Of a stretch of 59,907 nucleotides of DNA, positions 56,542-59,907 are shown piece after piece. The notes beneath the pieces were generated by a model, which ran no database searches, was not told the DNA's origin, and saw nothing but the letters and a program-made list of their open reading frames with translations. Position numbers and translations under genes: made by a program. Source of the DNA: a virus (Duplodnaviria > Caudoviricetes); IMG/VR virus record IMGVR_UViG_3300003086_000042, positions 1-59,907 of that record; one strand, written 5' to 3'. How positions within the stretch are numbered: the stretch's first letter is position 1; each line of letters opens with the position of its first letter.

Positions 56542-56769
56542 ATGTACTACGAATCAGGATTATGCGGATATCTAAAAGGAAATGAAGCAGTAATTAATAA
56601 ACGCGCATCATTAGCACAGGAATTAAAATTTTTATATTGGCAAGATGAGCGCAAGCCAAAAGAATTAATGACAGGTAAGATCAAGTTGACCTTAGCAAGG
56701 CTATATAACTGGGAAGTAACGTTTTTCCCAGATATCGAGTCAATAAAGACTACCTATAGGAACTCATGA
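56542..56769 (+). CDS. Hypothetical protein
   Basis: RBS AAGGAG. Confidence 0.55.
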   Translation: MYYESGLCGYLKGNEAVINKRASLAQELKFLYWQDERKPKELMTGKIKLTLARLYNWEVTFFPDIESIKTTYRNS

Positions 56770-56852
56770 ATAAAACAGAGAACGAACACTTTCCAGATTG
56801 GGAAGGAGATTATTGGAAATAAAATAACATGAAGTATTAGAGGGAATATCTA

Positions 56853-57092
56853 ATGGGGGATGTCATCCAATTTAGACTAGCAGAAGTCGATTATTGGCCA
56901 TGGGAGTGGGTGACACCCTACAACCCCACTTTGTATGAATTAAGAGTAACACTAGAGACAATAAGGAGATACTACACAAATAACGTGGCAGCATTAGATA
57001 ACTGCGGAGTCTCGGCAGAGATAGAAATTTTAGAAAATATAGATAGATTAAGCTGTATGTACTGGAGAGTAATGCAGTACTATAAATTATAA
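56853..57092 (+). CDS. Hypothetical protein
   Basis: RBS GAGG. Confidence 0.5.
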   Translation: MGDVIQFRLAEVDYWPWEWVTPYNPTLYELRVTLETIRRYYTNNVAALDNCGVSAEIEILENIDRLSCMYWRVMQYYKL

Positions 57093-57122
57093 CTAGTTTT
57101 TAATTGAAAAAGGAAATTAACC

Positions 57123-57881
57123 TTGAGTAAAAAACAAAGAAGGTCCTTTCTACGTGATCTCAAAAGAGGGAAAGTAGACCAAAGTAATCACGACCACCTT
57201 GAGCAAGCAGGAGAGATGCTTGAATTTTTAAGGGATTACACTATCAGGAGGAGTGAGGAGTCATTAAGACCCTTAAACGATAAGCAAGACCGATACATAA
57301 AAGCTATAAAAAATAATATTATTACTTTTAGTTCTGGGCCGGCAGGAACAGGGAAAACTTATGTATGTGCAGCACTAGCTGCCGAAGCTATAGCAGCTGG
57401 AAAGACTGAGAAGATAATTGTTACTAGACCGGCACAGGAGGCTGGAGAAAGTTTAGGGTTTTTACCCGGAGAGTTAGAAGATAAATTTGCACCATACTTT
57501 CAACCTTTTAAAGATGTTTTAGAAGAGAGACTTGGTAAAGGGCATGTTCAGGGGTTAGTAAGAGCAGGGCGTATCGAAGCCGCTCCATTAGCTTATATGA
57601 GAGGCCGTTCATTTAAAAATTGTTGGTTAATTTTAGATGAAGCACAAAACTGTACACCAACTCAGATGAAGTTATTTTTAACCCGTATTGGGGAAAACTG
57701 CACTGTAATTGTAAATGGAGATAGAAGTCAACAAGACATTAAAGGTACTTGCGGCTTAGTAGATGCTATGAGAAGATTACAATACTGCAATGGAGTAACT
57801 AATATTATGTTTGACAAGGAAGATATCGTACGCTCAGGGATTGTTCAAAAGATTGTAGAAGCATACGAAGATGACGCCTAA
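57123..57881 (+). CDS. phoH: PhoH-like ATPase
   Basis: GPAGTGKT, LGFLPG, YMRGRSF, LDEAQN, DIVRSG. Confidence 0.95.
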   Translation: MSKKQRRSFLRDLKRGKVDQSNHDHLEQAGEMLEFLRDYTIRRSEESLRPLNDKQDRYIKAIKNNIITFSSGPAGTGKTYVCAALAAEAIAAGKTEKIIVTRPAQEAGESLGFLPGELEDKFAPYFQPFKDVLEERLGKGHVQGLVRAGRIEAAPLAYMRGRSFKNCWLILDEAQNCTPTQMKLFLTRIGENCTVIVNGDRSQQDIKGTCGLVDAMRRLQYCNGVTNIMFDKEDIVRSGIVQKIVEAYEDDA

Positions 57882-58043
57882 ATACTGGGAAGACCTTTCT
57901 ACTTTAGATAGACTTGAATACCTTTATTGGATAGAAGTACTAGTAGATTGCGGAAGGTTAGAAGGTAACATGAGTGACGAAGAGATTTTAGAGAAGTGCA
58001 AGAGAATGTATTATTGCGATATTTCTATGGAGTCTAATTAATT

Positions 58044-58517
58044 ATGAAGTTTGAATACGAACAAATGCCTGAAATGGCACCTTTACCTATAAAGACTAAA
58101 GGTAAGAGTACAATAGGGGCTATCTGGCTATGGATAGTAACAACACGAAAATGGAAGCTCGTTAGCGATTGGAAGTTTAGTATGGATGGGGTACAATATA
58201 TGATACCCGCAGGATTTAAGTTCGACGGCGCGTCAGTGCCAAAGTTCTTTAGATCATGGTTAAGTCCAATGGGTGTATTACTTATACCTGGGTTAGTACA
58301 TGATTATGGATATAAGTATTCGTATCTACTTACTAAGTATACTACTGAAAGTTATCAAATAGGTTTTCAACACGACCAAAAGTTTTTTGATGCTGTATTT
58401 AGAGATGTAGCAATTGAAGTAAATGGCTTCAAATATTTAAATTATATGGCGTACTATGCCCTCCGTTTAGGCGGGTTTGTAGCTTGGAAGGGGCACAGGA
58501 AACATGACAAGTCATGA
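58044..58517 (+). CDS. DUF1353-family protein
   Basis: IPAGFKFDGASVP, LVHDY.Y, LRLGG..AW. Confidence 0.8.
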   Translation: MKFEYEQMPEMAPLPIKTKGKSTIGAIWLWIVTTRKWKLVSDWKFSMDGVQYMIPAGFKFDGASVPKFFRSWLSPMGVLLIPGLVHDYGYKYSYLLTKYTTESYQIGFQHDQKFFDAVFRDVAIEVNGFKYLNYMAYYALRLGGFVAWKGHRKHDKS

Positions 58518-58805
58518 AAAAGGTGCTTTATTCTGGGCACTGGTTATCTTTATGCTAGTTATACTAGCGTGAATAGATTTAAGTGTGTATCGTGTGTAGC
58601 TACTATAGCTATATATATAGTTACATTCGTATGTATACTAGTGATAAAATATGCTGGGTAAACTAACACACTGTATAGCAACAAAGAAGTGTTTTACATC
58701 TTGGTCTTGGAACAAGTGTAAATGCTTAGCATACCTCCTGTCTATGGCAGTCGGGGTTCCTTTACTTATGATAGGGACTTCGTTCCTAATGATGGAGATT
58801 AATAA

Positions 58806-59336
58806 ATGAGTTTAAGAAATATTACTATAATAGTATTAACGTGGGTTGTTTTTTCATGTTGGTTGTTTGTATCCCCTTACGCTTTTGCGTTAGATGATTT
58901 TGATTTAGCTAAGTACGGCCCCGATGATAAAATTGAAGTAAAGAGAACAGAGTTTATTGTTAAACTTGTACTATATACATCTGATGAAGAATTAAACAAA
59001 TCTTATGAAAAAGTTACAGAAACCACTTTAGGCGAAGGAGAGGGAGTTAGAGGCTTTGCCTCTGTACACCCATCAGAGGATGTTTGTTACGTTCATATAA
59101 TGGCAGCAAAGATTTGGGATGACAGGGAAGCAATGGCTATTATGGGACACGAAGTCTATCACTGCGCTTTATCCCAACATGAAACTATTGTTGGTGTAAG
59201 TACGGAAAAACCTATTGAAGAAGGTACTGAGGAACAAGAAATAGAGTCACTATACGACGAAGATAGAAAGCTAGAGCTAGAGTGGCTATCAGAGGACTAT
59301 GAAAAGATGGGAATTGTTATAACAGAGGATAAATAG
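58806..59336 (+). CDS. Exported HEXXH metallopeptidase-like protein
   Basis: N-terminal signal/TM; MGHEVYHC. Confidence 0.55.
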   Translation: MSLRNITIIVLTWVVFSCWLFVSPYAFALDDFDLAKYGPDDKIEVKRTEFIVKLVLYTSDEELNKSYEKVTETTLGEGEGVRGFASVHPSEDVCYVHIMAAKIWDDREAMAIMGHEVYHCALSQHETIVGVSTEKPIEEGTEEQEIESLYDEDRKLELEWLSEDYEKMGIVITEDK

Positions 59337-59337
59337 A

Positions 59338-59679
59338 ATGAATGATAAAATGGCAGGAATAGTAGTTAGATTTACAGGATTACTTTTAATAATTGGATTA
59401 TTTTATGGCACTTCTGCAAAGGCAGTACCTTGTCCAGTAAAGGATGTAGTAGTTGAAAGAGATGTAATTGATACAGCAGTAAATGTTGGGTTAATATCAT
59501 TAGAAGAAGCACTTCAACTTAGAAAAGATATTGCAGATGGTAAGAAAGATGTCATTGACGTTGATAGTGACGAAGGTATCATATCTTTCGGAACAATAAC
59601 GTATGATATAGAAGACTTAGACGCTGATCCCGAAGAAGGAGAGTACATAGACGGCGAGTGGTACGATGCGTATCATTAA
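59338..59679 (+). CDS. Exported acidic hypothetical protein
   Basis: Signal peptide ending AKA. Confidence 0.5.
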   Translation: MNDKMAGIVVRFTGLLLIIGLFYGTSAKAVPCPVKDVVVERDVIDTAVNVGLISLEEALQLRKDIADGKKDVIDVDSDEGIISFGTITYDIEDLDADPEEGEYIDGEWYDAYH

Positions 59680-59907
59680 CCCTTTTAGAGAAGAGACGAG
59701 ACAGAGGATGAAAAATGAAGGAAGAAGCTTGGTTTAGTAAATCAGTATTTTATGCTATGGCATTATTGACTATGGCGTCCACTATTACAGCGTGTTCTAC
59801 TTTAGTAAATAAACCTAGTATACCTGAAATTGGTACAGATGAATTTGATAGAGTATTACTAAATTGTATAGTATATGGAGAGGGGTTGTACTCCTGTGAG
59901 GAAGTAG

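Overview
AT-rich 60 kb segment of a T5-like (Demerecviridae-like) lytic tailed phage. The host is probably a sulfur-oxidising gammaproteobacterium (SUP05/Thioglobaceae-like; inferred from reverse-type dsrA, dsrC, tusA and isc genes). Layout: 1-7085 (+) end of the late arm, with tail-fibre genes followed by a coupled beta-hydroxylase / radical SAM / membrane / flavin-halogenase cassette. 7052-29761 (-) T5-like nucleotide and replication block (nrdB, thyX, nrdA, D15, D14, D13/D12, D11, D10, polA, primase, helicase, D5, split NAD ligase, D2, D3) with an inserted SbmA/BacA transporter. 29.9-46.9 kb (-) early accessory region with candidate sulfur-globule proteins, a frameshifted porin, a one-Cys DsrC/TusE, tRNA-Ile2, tRNA-Gly, a circularly permuted two-piece tmRNA and several pseudoknot-rich non-coding segments. 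44.8-50.4 kb putative pre-early/terminal region with five A2-like paralogues, convergent ORF-less promoters, direct repeats and two Fur-box-like palindromes. 50.5-59.9 kb (+) start of the late arm: terS, holin-like genes, a dsrA-dsrC-tusA-iscU-fdx-erpA-grxD-iscA operon and phoH. All protein calls rest on motif recognition by eye; no database searches were run.
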